From the NCBI GenBank assembly GCA_000934665.2, contig JYFJ02001100.1, positions 1 through 64,000 of the forward strand: a stretch of 64,000 nt of DNA, given 5' to 3'. The notes under the pieces are model-generated. The model was given only the letters and a program-made list of their open reading frames with translations. It ran no database searches and was not told the origin of the DNA. Shown piece by piece: positions 23,469 through 36,512 of the stretch. How positions within the stretch are numbered: position 1 is the stretch's first letter; each line of letters begins with the position of its first letter. Origin of the DNA: Catajapyx aquilonaris. Its lineage: Eukaryota. The translations under genes and the position numbers were made by a program.

Positions 23469-26400
23469 TATTTGCCAAGTTTACGGTGTTAGAAGTGCAA
23501 TAGAAATGACTTTGAACATTGATAATGTGACCCGTTGGGTATAGGATTAAACGTCTTGAGACATCGAAAAATCAACTAAGATACTATAAGGAATATATTA
23601 TCAGCAATCTAAATACTATGATTAGACTCCGTGCTAGTAGGTCAGCGTCTATCAGCAGCCTATCATATGGGTCAGCTGGTAGATAGGCCAAGTGCTGAGC
23701 CTTGTCCGAGGGTCCAAGTTGAGCTGGAGGATTGCACGAAAGAAAAGAAGCCGGACCACCTGCTCCTTATAAAACGCTGGCCATATAAACCAGGCGGATT
23801 TACGATTCCAATTTACGCGAACATCTGCATTTTTTTGCGCCCAGTTCCAGCTTTTTGAAACAGGTTTTTAGGGAGCGAGTGTCATCAACACATGCACAAA
23901 AGGGATGAGTTTACGTGATTTGCAGGAATAGGTCCTGGAGCTGTGTATAACGCCCTGAAGGGCCTCCCTGCTGGTTCCTGCAAGAAGAAGAAGCTTACCA
24001 ACACCAGTAGCTACTCCAGGGGGTTTCGAAAGGTACAACACAAAAAAACAACAGTAGTGAGGGTCGCTGAACCAACGGAAGCAGCAAGCACCGGTGAATT
24101 GGAGGAAGGTCCATTCATCCCGAGCCCCTGATGGTCACCTGAGGATGTCATTGCCCACTACCCAATTTTGTTCCCTCAAAAGAACAGGGGGGGCTATTTT
24201 ATGGCCTTGGACTCCTCAGTTGCTAAATTACTGTAATGAAGGGGAAATTTCCGAAGTACAGGTTAAGGGGCGCCGTCCCTTCCATTTTTCCAAAGAGAGA
24301 AAGGTCACCCGGTTGGTGTGCCCACGAGGAACTTATATTCTCCCCTCTGATGGCTGGGGCATAAAACCAATGACTCAGGCCCTTATTTGGGTAAGAAGCG
24401 GTACGCCCCTCCCTGGAAAAAGCTGGAGAAGAAGACAAAAGTTCAGGTGAGAGAACAAAGCCAAAATTCCGACCATCATTGCATCATAACATGTGACAAT
24501 GGAATTAAGGGGTCTATTCAGATGGGGTTTTGGTGTGTTGCATTCCATCCTGTACTGGCGCACCGTCTTCTTTCTCTTCACCTTTTCCTCCACCTCCTTC
24601 TTCGTTCCAGCTCGCCTGTCGCCCCAGGCTGACAGTTCTCATGGCCCCAGAGCCTTGACCTTCTCCTTTCCGTCCCCCCCATCCACTCTCACCCACCTCA
24701 ACTTCTCGTTCCCACTTCGGAACAAAGGAAGGCCTCTCTTTTTGGCCCATCCGCCGCTCCTAGAGGCCTCCACTCCTCAACAGCCCCCAACCGACCACCT
24801 TCTTTTAATTTTTTGGAACACCCTGTGATGTCCAGGTATTTAGAGGAGCAACTGATAATAAATGCCTACCTTCCTTTTTTAGTGTGGGGAGCTATAAAAG
24901 GTGCACATGAGAGCCGGTTGTCCAATCAAACCGCGTGTGACAGGGTCCTCGCAGGTGATTAGGAGGACGTGCGAATGGGTTCACGTCGCATTGACAGACG
25001 ACAAGCATTGTCACCACTCGGACGCGGCTCGTCCATCTCCACACTATGCTACCCATACTAATTCACTCAACACCTGACGCCCACCTTGCCTGATTTTTCT
25101 ATACCTTAGAGTGAGTTATCGGGGGTATTAAAACCGGGGTTAAAACGCGGTTTCTGGGGTTAACAAACTTGAGCAAAAATTGTAGGTGTATTTATAGATG
25201 GTGGGAAAAATACCTTTACCGACGGTGCAGGCACGAAATGGCGCCGGAAATTATACGGAAATATTTACGGAAATTATTATCCCGAAATGCGAGTCTTTTC
25301 GTGACAACTGTGTTTCTTGTCCTTGTACACTTTCCACAAATTGCATGATTGGGATCCTGATACGTATCATTTCATGTCTGGCATTTTTTTGTCGTGGCTC
25401 GAGAAAACATTCCAATTATTTCTGTTTCCTGCTCAGCCAAATGGCGCCTCACACCTAATTGATATTATTACAGTGATACTATTTTAAGTCTAGTGGTCCA
25501 GAACAGGGTTATGCTGTTATCGTTGGTTTAATGTAGTTAATGAACATGTAAGCCAAGTCCGGGTTAGATATATTATGCAAAATGAAGTGTAGTTCTAGTG
25601 AGACACGTTGGGTCAGTCCTATACCAGGCGGAATCGAAATGAATATGCTTTTTAAATCGTGTGATGGCTTAACATTCCAAGCTACTGTGCTGTGTTGGTA
25701 GGGTGTAATTATTGAGGGAAATTACTATGTTCGAAGGCGAATGTGCCGACCAAAAAAAAGCGAAGAAGCCTTCAGCTTGGCCCTACCATTCCACTTGCTC
25801 AATCTTAAAGGGTCATTCAATATGGGCACTTCTTTCAAATGAATTTTTATGCTATGTACGATTGTACGTATAATTATGCGATTTCAACCAGTTAGAAGCA
25901 TTACTGCACACATTTATTGTCATTTATTATTTTAGTACCGAATAATGCATTAACTTACACTCTCTTTTACGATGTACTTATTTGGGCAATGCAATAATTG
26001 GTAAAAATTGCGTTTCTCTTCCTCCAAGGCAGGGAGTTCCCGGAAAGTCATTAGGGTGTGTGAATTGCACGAAAAGGAAGTGCATAATTAGACCACACTC
26101 TTGCGTTATTTCTTCACGTTAAGATAGCGAATGACGTATTTCACTGGAATGTATTACTTACCTTAAAATAATACAATTAACCGGTTTTTACGCTATTGCA
26201 AACTGACCATCTCCATCACACCATACGCTAACTGTTCTCTCTGACGTCTTCGAGATTACTGAAGTTCGTCGGAATAAGGGAAATTTACTCTGATCTAAAC
26301 ATAATTAAATATGTTATTGTCCTTACTGCTGGTTAATGGCTTACTTCCGCAACGTTATGCAGCTGCATATTGTTTAAATGGGCAAAGGTGCCGACAAAGT

Positions 26401-28946
26401 GTCACATAAACGACATAATAGTCTCAGCGAATTAGGGTCACACGAGTGGAATATTTTTTCGCCTTAATTATAGGTCATACGAGAGTGAACACACTCATTA
26501 ATTCCAAATCATGTCAATGCATAACCTTCAGTGTCATGGTTCAAAGAACAGTGACACATCCTGAAGCTCTGTCAACTTCTTATTCTGCAATGAACCCACA
26601 CACTCCATACGAATGTGAACGACTTCATTGCATCCTATGTACGTACGTATGTAACAACTGCTGGTTTTATTTCCATCACGACGAAGTTGGGGGTACACAA
26701 AAAAGTTAGCCATCTGTATAGCACGTTACGTGACTAGCCTGAAACCAAAGAAGGGAAGTGTGGGAAAGTAGATTTTTTTGTGCACAATTTTGTATTCTGA
26801 AGAACAGGATCAGAAATCGGGCACGTCATGACCATTTTGGAGTCTCCCACACTATGACGACACAAAATGCTTGGAATCTCTCGAGGTATTTCGACGTAGT
26901 GAGTGTGACCCCAACCATGGGCACCGTAGAAGGTCATCACGACATTTGGGGGCGAGTATTTCGTCATCACGGATCCCCTTAGTCATACGTAATAGCTTCC
27001 GCTACTTATGAGTCATGTGTGACTGCGTGAAATCATTGATTTTATCCACGATATGCGCAGTACATGTTCAATTATTCATTGGCTTCACATAAGTTAATTA
27101 CATGTGGAGTAGTACCGCCAGGTCTTTCTACTTGTTCGTGATTTTTTTCCCTCATGTACAAGGAAATTTATGAGCAAGATGCAACCGCTATTTTGATAGT
27201 CTTGTAAATTCTGACTCAAGCACAAGTTGGGAAATTTGATTAGAAGTTTTCTCACCAATCGTCATAAACCAAGGGCCTGAGTTCGATGCCCGGATCGGTC
27301 CTTGCTCTTAAAATTCGGCCAACTTTGTAGGCGGACCGATCGTTTTTAAGGAATATTTCGAGTGAGTAATAATCCCTCCATGTTCGAAGCTAGGACAAAT
27401 ACTGGAAGTTCCCAGACAGGATTCCAGGACTCGGCAGGCTTTGTCCGAGCAGGTATGACGTGTGCCGCGACCCCAAAGAATTAACGACTTGGTCGGCACC
27501 CAGGCTCTCCTAAAAAGCCAAACAGGTTGTGACCTGCTGTGTGCATTTCCAGTCACCCTTTTTTTCCAATTTAGTGACAATGGTGAGTGTGTCCAACCCA
27601 CAAAAAAAAGAACCAATCCTTTGTCTAAACTTTTCCTTCAACACTCGTGTTCATCCAGGGCAAGCGTAGATCGGTAGTCAGAACACTATAATTAACTGTC
27701 AGTGATAAAGAATTGTTGGCTAATTATTTCTTGATTACTTGTTGGAGCTCCTTGTTGTTGCAAGTTGTTGGGGCCATCCCACCCACCCTCCCCTCAACCC
27801 TTCTTTTTGAACCTCAGTGGCTTACTTCTCCACCCCCCGCGCAGAGTTGAGGAGGCAGGAAAATGCCTCAGTGGTCCAGAGATGTTATCGGTAGCTGGTC
27901 GGTAGCTCCTTCGGGGACTACATTCCTGAGAAATAGTAGCTGACTAGTTGCCCGGGTGCCCCAGAAGGAGCTAACCAGCAAGAGTCTCATTGGAGAGTGT
28001 GACGAAGCGTTTTGTCTCCACCTTTCAAGTTGGACATTTTTTTTGCTGGGTACAAGAGGCAAATGATGCAAATGTCACGCACCATCACGCATGTACCAGC
28101 GTGACGTCCAATTACGCGACAGGTAACTGCTGCCTCCCTGCCGGCTACATGATCAAAATCAGGCAATTACAGACAGCAAGTCCTCATTAGGGATAAATGA
28201 TCTGGTTCATACGATCAGCAGGGCTTCTGTAATTGATTAGGCTAATTGCATACAGACAACTTTCTAACTAGTCAACACTGAGCAGCATCCTGCATATTTT
28301 ATTCTGAAGAGACTCCCTTCCGTTCATTGTAAATAATTTCCTAATATTGCAAGCTAGCATGATGCCAACGATTATTAATAAATATTTGAGTATGGGCATG
28401 ACTTGTACAACCTTGTATGTACCGATATTTGTACTTCAAAAACAGCAGTCATGCAACATGCTTGGTCATTAGCGTTGGTAATGCTCCCCCATCCACTTTA
28501 TTCCATCATTTATTACGCACTCTTCGCATCAACGCTCTTCCTCCCACGACCAATCCCAATTGATTCTATTAAGATTCCAGACGATCGCATTAGCCAGATT
28601 TTTCCCATGAATGCCGATGGAATGGTTCTTTCCCTTTAAAATTTTTCGGAGCCCAAGACACCTCGTGAGAGACCCCGTGAGATATCTGATGTTTCTGTGG
28701 GGCTGCGCCAATTACAGGGAATGTAACCTGTATTTATGGTATCACGGTAATCTCTCTCCGGGGCGGCTGGAGCGTGGTTCCAGTCACGCATAACTAGAGC
28801 ATCAGACTAGTTTTCCAGAAGAGATATGCCCTGGACACAACAAAGGTTGTGTGTCGATATGGGACACGAAACCCCTTTTTCTGGACCCAAGAATAGCCCT
28901 CGGGACTCCTCCTTTTTCCGGGGGATTTACTACCACTTTGGCCCTG

Positions 28947-28994
28947 TGGCTAGGCCTAGACGTTGTCACATGGCTAGGCCCAGGTGTTGTCACA
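28947..28994. repeat. 24-bp tandem duplication
   Basis: TGGCTAGGCCTAGACGTTGTCACA followed directly by TGGCTAGGCCCAGGTGTTGTCACA. Confidence 0.8.
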
Positions 28995-29930
28995 TGACGT
29001 TCAAGATGGCCGGATCATGCAGGAAAAGACACGTCGCAGATCTAACCTGAGCTCAAAATATTAATCGAAGGGAGGGTTTGTGAATATTCCTGGGACACCT
29101 TGAGGTCCTTTCTTCTTGTGACCTTCTTCGGATCCATCAATGGACTCGGCAACACCGTAAACTTGAATTTACCTGGTCGTTGGAATGCGAGTCTGCCACC
29201 CCCTCCTTTCTGGCCAAGGGTGAGTGAGAGAGGGGTAAAGGACTTATTGCCGAGGTTGCCGATACCAACTCAGCTTTCTTTGTCTGGAACAGAAGAATTT
29301 CTTCTTGCGTAATTGTATGCTAAGTGCGGGTCATTCTTGGTATTAGATGAGGGCGTATTTCACTTTTACAAATTGCGTCACCCTTTGCTACACACAAGAT
29401 GATGCAATGGAGGGCTTCCCTTGCAGAATTGGTGCGCATTGTGCGAATGAATCCGACAGGAACAGGCCATCAGGCAACGCTGCGAAAAAGTGCACCCTGT
29501 GATGGACGGCTCTTACGTGCAGTACCGTGGCAACCATGCATGCACAATGCCCTCCAGTAGTGCATCGCTACCTTGCAAATACACAAAAAATTTCGCATAA
29601 TCTTCGAATGCAATGAACTCAAAAACTAGACAACTACACCAAAATGAATCAAATCAAATGGGCCGAAATCTGAAGATTCTTTAAGTAAAAACATTACATG
29701 AAAAATGCGTATATTTATTAAATTTTAAAATGACAATATTACGGACCGTACGTCAAATTTCTACCTGGATCACTGGACAATGTTTCTTTTCTTGTTGTAT
29801 ACGGTACCTTATTTATTTGCTGGATATTAATTTAGTGGATGCATTGAATAATTTTTGTAAATTTTCTGCATTGTGTGAGACCTCTTGTATGTTACTTTTT
29901 ATTGCATGTGTCTTATTATCCCTTTACATG

Positions 29931-30052
29931 CCAGGTTTCTCCAACCTTTGAACTGACCGTTATCAACTAACGGTAGTATAAGTGCCATACAAATGGGCTA
30001 ACTTAAACTGCAGTTAGTCTTAACGGTCAGTTCAAAGGTTGGAGAAATCGGG
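29931..30052. mobile_element. ~120-bp hairpin MITE
   Basis: TTTCTCCAACCTTTGAACTGACCGTTA pairs perfectly with TAACGGTCAGTTCAAAGGTTGGAGAAA, with further imperfect pairing inside. Confidence 0.7.
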
Positions 30053-33000
30053 TATTCTTCTGCCAGTTCAATAAACGAAAGTAATTTTCGACAACACCCG
30101 AAACTTACCTGCGATGCAATGACATCACGTTTGTGTGTCTCTAAACCCTTATTATTCATCCCGGTCCGCCGAATCTTCTACGCTCCAATTTGCTATTGTT
30201 GTTGGCGACATGTCGACGAAAATTGCAAGCCAACAGGGCGGCTAAGGTTCGTTTCTCGCATAATATAAAGCGGCTTATTTTTGCCCCTCTTTTGTGCTGA
30301 ATCCAGCGCGATTGCACTGCCTGGAACGAATAGTCTATTGGCCGACAACGCAGTATCTTTCCAGCCTAGCGACAGGTGATAATGGTCATTTGCAATTATG
30401 TATAAGAAGACTCGTGTGGTGAATAAAGCGAGGTGTACGTTGACTCCGAGTATCCAATTTCGAACGGATTTTACCCTTCAAGGGCAGGCAGACAGCCTGA
30501 GGTTGGTTTTGCAATCTGCTTACAGTGGTAGTAAAACTGGAGCCGTCCGGTTAGTCCTGAAGAAAATGGGTGCTTTCTCGGTTTCAAAATCTACATCGCC
30601 AGGTAAAATGCCTGGGGGCGACGGGCAAATGCTGCACGGCACATCTCCATTTACTACTATCCGGGACATTTCTCAATATGATTTTTGGAACTGCGCGTTT
30701 GCTTGCGATCTATGTATTACCAAACTCATACTTCATTACTTCATAAGGTTCTTAAAATAAATTTCAAATAAAAATTCATAATTATGCATAATATCATTTC
30801 ATTAGCAGATGACTTGGTTGTATATTACCTACCTATTAATAAATCTAATTTATTTGTTAGGCCTATTCCGTAACCAAATGTATAATATGATTAATAGGAT
30901 TTGTTTATTATCACGAACAAATTTATTTTTATTTCACTCGTCGATTTATTTTAAGGCCATTACGGTAATTGATAGCTAAATAAAATTTCCAATCTGAATT
31001 TTCAATTAATTCGAATTCCTCTTGTTTTCCTTCTCTTCGACTCTTGGGATTTATGAGAAGGCGGCGGCCTCCATTCATCGGTTATGAGCCTGGGTGTGTT
31101 ATGGGAAATAAATGAAGCGGGTTATATTTTTCCGAGGGAACGAAAAGCACGCGCTTCGTGACGAAAATGCGACTGGAGCGTAATGCGTGACTTTATGGGT
31201 GACTGAAGTGTAATCGCTTTTATACGTGGACTAGCTAACCTCTTGGCTCCGCTTTAATTGGAGTTCCATTGTTCTTGTTCTTCCGATTTTTTAAATGGGG
31301 TTTTAAGCGGCCCATCCGGACGTCATGCTTTTACTGATGTTGCACGGAACTTTGGACCGTGCTGCTGTGTTACAGCATAAAGGACTTGCCGGCTTGCAAC
31401 CTATCTTTAATATGGAATTAATTTTTAGTACAAAAAGGTGGTGTGTTACAATGTGACAAACACCAGTATAGGTAGATTAATTTATTATTATTATTATTTT
31501 ATATTTTATTTCCAGTCCTCTCTAGGATGACATTTCTTCAGAAGAACTGATGGTTCATCCTGTAGCCTCGTCAATAAACCCATCGATCCGCCACGGACAT
31601 CATATTTCACCAAACTTGAGTCACTCCGTTGTTTGCGTCGCAGACTTGCATTCGCATTTCACGCATGCAAGTCGCCTTTTCTTTCAGCGCAGCAACATTG
31701 AATGTCACCAACCGGAAAAAATTTTGAACAAATTTGCACAAACCTCCTGAGGTGCGAATCAGGTGATCGTGTGGTACCTGGCTCCATCAAGGGCGACTGT
31801 CAGGCTTATGAAGACATAAAGGACTCCAAGGCATGATTCGGAATACATTAAGACGCGATTTGCTGCAAAAGATGATAGCCATGCTTAATCGGCCGGTTCG
31901 CCACGGCAATTCAAGTTCGGCCGCAACAATCGGCTGATTTTTCACTGCGGAGGTCGTTAAAGGATCAGGGCGGGGTTTATTAGTATTATTGCGATGCGTC
32001 CTGCTTCGAGGCTGACCTCAGGCCGTGCCTGGCGCAGTTCACAGTGCATCTCTTTAAATGGACGCATAATTCGCACTTCCTCTTTGTCTTCGTAACACAC
32101 TGAATATGATGGCACCAGTCGCCTGATTGTTGCAAATCCTGAGAAAAATTTGAAAATGCATACAGCAGGGGGAAGAAAGAAGTGTGACAATTGAATGCCT
32201 ACCGAGCAATTAAAGTGGAACATGAATTTCCTGTTGGAGAGCGTGTTGAACTCTTCATTGCCCTCGAGGTGTTTCTTGCCTGTAATTTATGTTCCACCTG
32301 GAAGGTGATGGAAGAAATGGAAATTTTGGGCAGGTGGAAGAGGAACAAGCGAGGTTCATTAGTGGAGGAGTCATACACCTCGACGTCGATTTTTTTTTTG
32401 CCAAATTAAAAGCTCCGCCAAAATTGTCCTAAGAGTAGGGGACAACCCTTCCGAAATCTAGGGTGCAAGTGAAAGTCCAGTCTGAAACCCACCATCTGCC
32501 TATGACGCGTCTGGATGATGACATAGGCGTCGTCTATTGCTGGATAAATAGTTCGGTCTGGCTACCCCCCTGTCGCCATGACCCACAGAACCAGCAATTT
32601 CCGGATATTGTTAGTAGTCATTGTCAACTGGGCCATTTCTGTGTCGTAGTAGTTAGTCTTATAAATTCATTCGAGCGGCCCTTGGTGGCAGGATGTACCA
32701 GCCAGCATGGCAACCCCGCTGTTGTTCCTTTCCCCGTGAAAGCCCACTCAACCAGCTGCCCCACCACTACCACCACCAGTGCATCCTCCAGTTTGTGGGT
32801 CTCCCCCCCTACTCTTTTCACGTCACGCCAGATGGAAGGCGGAGCCAACCAGAAAAACCAGCCTGAAAAATGTACCCCTGGGGCATGGGGACCCTGCGGT
32901 GGAGACTACCCCATGTCAGAGGTTGCAGGAATTGGTTTCCCGCCCTTTTTTGCCCCTTGTATGAAGCCTGGCAGGGATTGGCTGGGGGTTGGGCTGTGAG

Positions 33001-33186
33001 GAAAGCAGCGCCGCCACCGAGGTGAGGCCCCCATCTAGCTTCCCCAAGATCGCAGGCTCTGCCACGCTGGGTTTGCAGCCATGTTGGGTAGCGCAGGTTG
33101 CCGCCCGCTAGAGTGGTAGGCAGAGCGGGATCTGCTCCTACGGGAGGCTGCTGCCCGGTTGACCCGCTCCTCTAGCAGTTGCAGCC

Positions 33187-33699
33187 ATGTATAACCTACT
33201 AGCAGGACTCAAGACTTACATCAAGCGACAGGAGATTGTGACGGACAACCCTGTGTTCCGTCTGCACTACATGTTCACCACCATTCTTCTCATCGCGTTC
33301 TCGCTGATTGTGACCGCCCAGCAGTTCGTGGGCAACCCCATCGCCTGTATTGTCAACAGGCAGCTCAGGACCGACATGATCAACACCTACTGCTGGATCT
33401 CCACCACTTTTACCATGCCGGATGCCTTCAGACGGGAGGTTGGTACGGACGTGGCTCATCCGGGGGTCGCCACGGACTTCGAGGGACACGAGAAGAAGTA
33501 CTACACCTACTACCAGTGGGTGTGCTTCGTGCTGTTCTTCCAGGCCCTCATGTGCTACCTGCCCAAGTGGATTTGGGACTGCTGGGAAGGTGGGTTGATG
33601 AACACCATCGTATTGGGCCTCAACATCGGGCTGCGGTCTCCAGAGGACAAGTCCGAGAAGAAGAAGGTGCTGATTGACTACCTGCTCCGGCACGTCAAG
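33187..33699 (+). CDS. ogre: Innexin 1 / ogre, coding exon 1 of 2 (join 33187-33699, 35940-36512; 361 aa)
   Basis: MYNLLAGLKTYIKRQEIVTDNPVFRLH...TFTMPDAFRREVGTDVAHPGV...KKYYTYYQWVCFVLFFQA is diagnostic of Inx1/Ogre. Donor AAG|GTACGT, phase 0. Confidence 0.93.
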
Positions 33700-35744
33700 G
33701 TACGTTAGATGGGTGTGTTGGGGCATCATATCGAGCCCTAATTGAGTTGTGTGCACGGCCTGTCATTTAGGAATGGGTGACAATCATTAGGCAAGGATCC
33801 AAAGGGCCTTGAGAGACAGATGCACAACAAGACAGCCGTTTAAATACCAGCCGCAACACCGGTGTCAAATGGGGCGGAACCGATTGGTTTCCCTGCACGT
33901 GAAAATTTTGTACCATTTCTACGACGTCATTTAAATTATGCAAATTTTTTATACATTGCCCAATTTGTAATGCTCCAGCAATTTAAAAAGAAATATTTAA
34001 AATGGCCGACGGTGCAGGTGTCACATGTGACGTCATGTATGTACATTGTGCTGTCATTTCAATTTGGAGTCCTTGCCACGCTTCTTGGCACATGACGTAC
34101 TGGTGAGGCCATTCTGGGCGATTACTTGGAATCGATAATAAAATTGTGAGTCATTGAGGAGACAACTTGGGGAAGATGGGGTGTGGGATGTAACGAGGGT
34201 GGTTGCATGGGGCTGTGCAATGCGGCCATTTCGAAAGTCAGGTTTTTTTCCTTAAAATAGGGCGTGGTCGCAACAGGACCTCGGCCTATCCCCATTCTGC
34301 CTTTAATTTATTGCAAACATGAAAGAGTGTGCAGATAAAGCCAAGAATTTGCGCATATTAGCATAACACTTGTTGTTTTCCTCGGAATTTTGGCATGTTT
34401 TTTCCAGCAATTTTTTGCGTATTCGGCACATAAATATTAATAATGGACGAGGAAATAAATGTCCTATTGATGCACTTGCCAGTTGGACGCTAACACATGG
34501 CGATTCAATTGTGTCCTCAACAAATGAACCAGTGCTGACATAATGTGAGCGTGAGATGCTTGCTAATGGTGAATTTCTAATGGACTGCGTGCAGTAATTG
34601 GTTATGTAGTTTTGCAGTACACGCTCATTACATGTCGCGTAATGGTTACATCGAATCTTGTCCTCCCTAGCAACCGCCGGTCAATAACACGTCTTGTCAG
34701 GCGTCAATATTATTAATGTGCAAATAACTTTCCCGCTTGATTAGCAGTTAAAAGTGCCAGTTACACACTTTGTTAACTTCCTTATTGCAGCTTGGCAAAA
34801 AACGCCAGCGCACAAAAGACGGGCTTATTGTTATTCAGTATCGGCCTTGACATGTTGCATCGTTGGCTTTTCCAGTCTGACATACTCTCAATGCAAGCTA
34901 AACTAATGCTAATATGTGTTCATTGAATAGATCCTGAGTGGAGCAGTTGAACTGGATGCAATCGGACGCAGTTGAAAGAGAGAGAGACTAATAATGGCTA
35001 CATTGAAATTGTTCGCGGGTTTTATTGCCTACGTAACAAGTCGCGGTAAAGGCCACTGTAATTACCGTGTTAAAAATATGGGATTCTTAAAAATAATGTA
35101 ACATGTGAAGTATTCTTGGATTAGTCTTATCCGGTTCTTTATGTGTCTGGCATTACGCCCCATTAAGGTTAACAAAGGCAGTGCCCTCTAATTTTTATAT
35201 GTGAATTTTTGTACAGAGTCACGCGAGAGGATGTACTTTCATGTTTGTGGAATGTTGGAAAAAGATGCGTGCATGTCGCACTTAATAAATAACAATCGAT
35301 GGTTTTTTTAAACTATCTTTCACGATCATCGAGGGTAGCTTGATGATAATGAGGGCTCGAACCGAAGGTTTATTCCTGATGATGACCTTGTGGCTTTAAC
35401 AAAAAGAAGCCCAACTCGACCCTCTTGAAGGCTCTTTTGTTGTGGGCCGGTAGTGGAAAATCAAAATAGGAGACACCCAGTACCTATGGGTGCGTTTGTC
35501 CAAGGTCCTACGTTGCCGCCCATTATAATTGGACCTCATTAGCGCCTGTATAGTGGCAAGGTAACTGGCATCCTTGTTGACCATGCGGTCCAAATGAGGC
35601 ATTTTATGATGTCACACCAAGCAGGCCATTCTAATGGGCTCGAATCGATTGTTGTGAGTGTTGCCCTCTTCCTGCCACTCAGCAAACTATAAATCAATAG
35701 ATCATAATGAAAAGCAGCGCCGCCACGTTGCTCACGCAGAAAGA

Positions 35745-35835
35745 CCCGGACTTACGTAGTCCGCGTAAGTCGAATTTGACGTAACTCGGGATCATGCTGT
35801 GTGCAGATATCGCATTGTTTTTACGTAAGTCGGGG
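35745..35835. repeat. Short inverted-repeat element in the ogre intron
   Basis: CCGGACTTACGTA ... TACGTAAGTCGGG, plus an internal GACTTACG/CGTAAGTC pair. Confidence 0.45.
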
Positions 35836-35939
35836 ATTTCCCTAATGCGTCATGGCGCCTGGTTCGGCAAATTATTCATTCTGATTGATGATGTGTCCTG
35901 ATGATTATTGAGAGTTTGTCCTGTTGCGTTTCATTCTAG

Positions 35940-36512
35940 CAACACAACATGTACGCGTATCGGTACTGGATATGCGAGGCACTGAGCCTGCTGAACATCA
36001 TAATGCAGTTGCACATGATGAACCGGTTCTTCGACGGCGAGTTCTACAGCTACGGTCTGCGAGTGCTGGACTTCTCAGACCAGGACCAAGAGGAGCGAAT
36101 GGATCCAATGGTGTACGTCTTCCCGCGAGTGACCAAATGTACGTTCCACAAGTTCGGTTCCTCCGGAACCATCCAGCGACACGACTCCCTCTGTGTCCTT
36201 CCCCTCAACATTGTGAACGAAAAAACCTACATCTTCATCTGGTTCTGGTACATCATCTTGGCCACCTTGCTGGCCATGGTGGTCCTCTATCGGGTGGTCA
36301 TCCTGGTCTTGCCTTCCATGAGGCCCCGATTGTTGCACGCTCGACATCGGCTGGTTGCCAGAGAAGTGGCCGAAGCAGTCACCAAGAAGACGAGCATTGG
36401 AGACTGGTGGATTCTGTACATGCTGGGTCGTAACATGGATCCCATGATTTACAGGGAGGTTATGGATGAGCTGGCCAAAAAAATTGAGACGGCAGCTAGT
36501 AATAGTCCATAG
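35940..36512 (+). CDS. ogre: Innexin 1 / ogre, coding exon 2
   Basis: Acceptor TTTCATTCTAG|CAA gives HVK|QHNMYAYRYWICE. Then DPMVYVFPRVTKCTFHKFG, HDSLCVLPLNIVNEKTYIFIWFW and GDWWILYMLGRN; stop TAG ends at 36512. Confidence 0.93.
   Translation, partial: QHNMYAYRYWICEALSLLNIIMQLHMMNRFFDGEFYSYGLRVLDFSDQDQEERMDPMVYVFPRVTKCTFHKFGSSGTIQRHDSLCVLPLNIVNEKTYIFIWFWYIILATLLAMVVLYRVVILVLPSMRPRLLHARHRLVAREVAEAVTKKTSIGDWWILYMLGRNMDPMIYREVMDELAKKIETAASNSP

Noticed and set aside
27270..27301. GTTCGA B-box-like motif suggesting a tRNA or SINE
   Set aside because: No matching A-box or acceptor stem; at most a decayed fragment.
32463..32999. 178-aa ORF just upstream of ogre
   Set aside because: GTG start, no recognisable domain, and it overlaps the probable ogre promoter/leader region.
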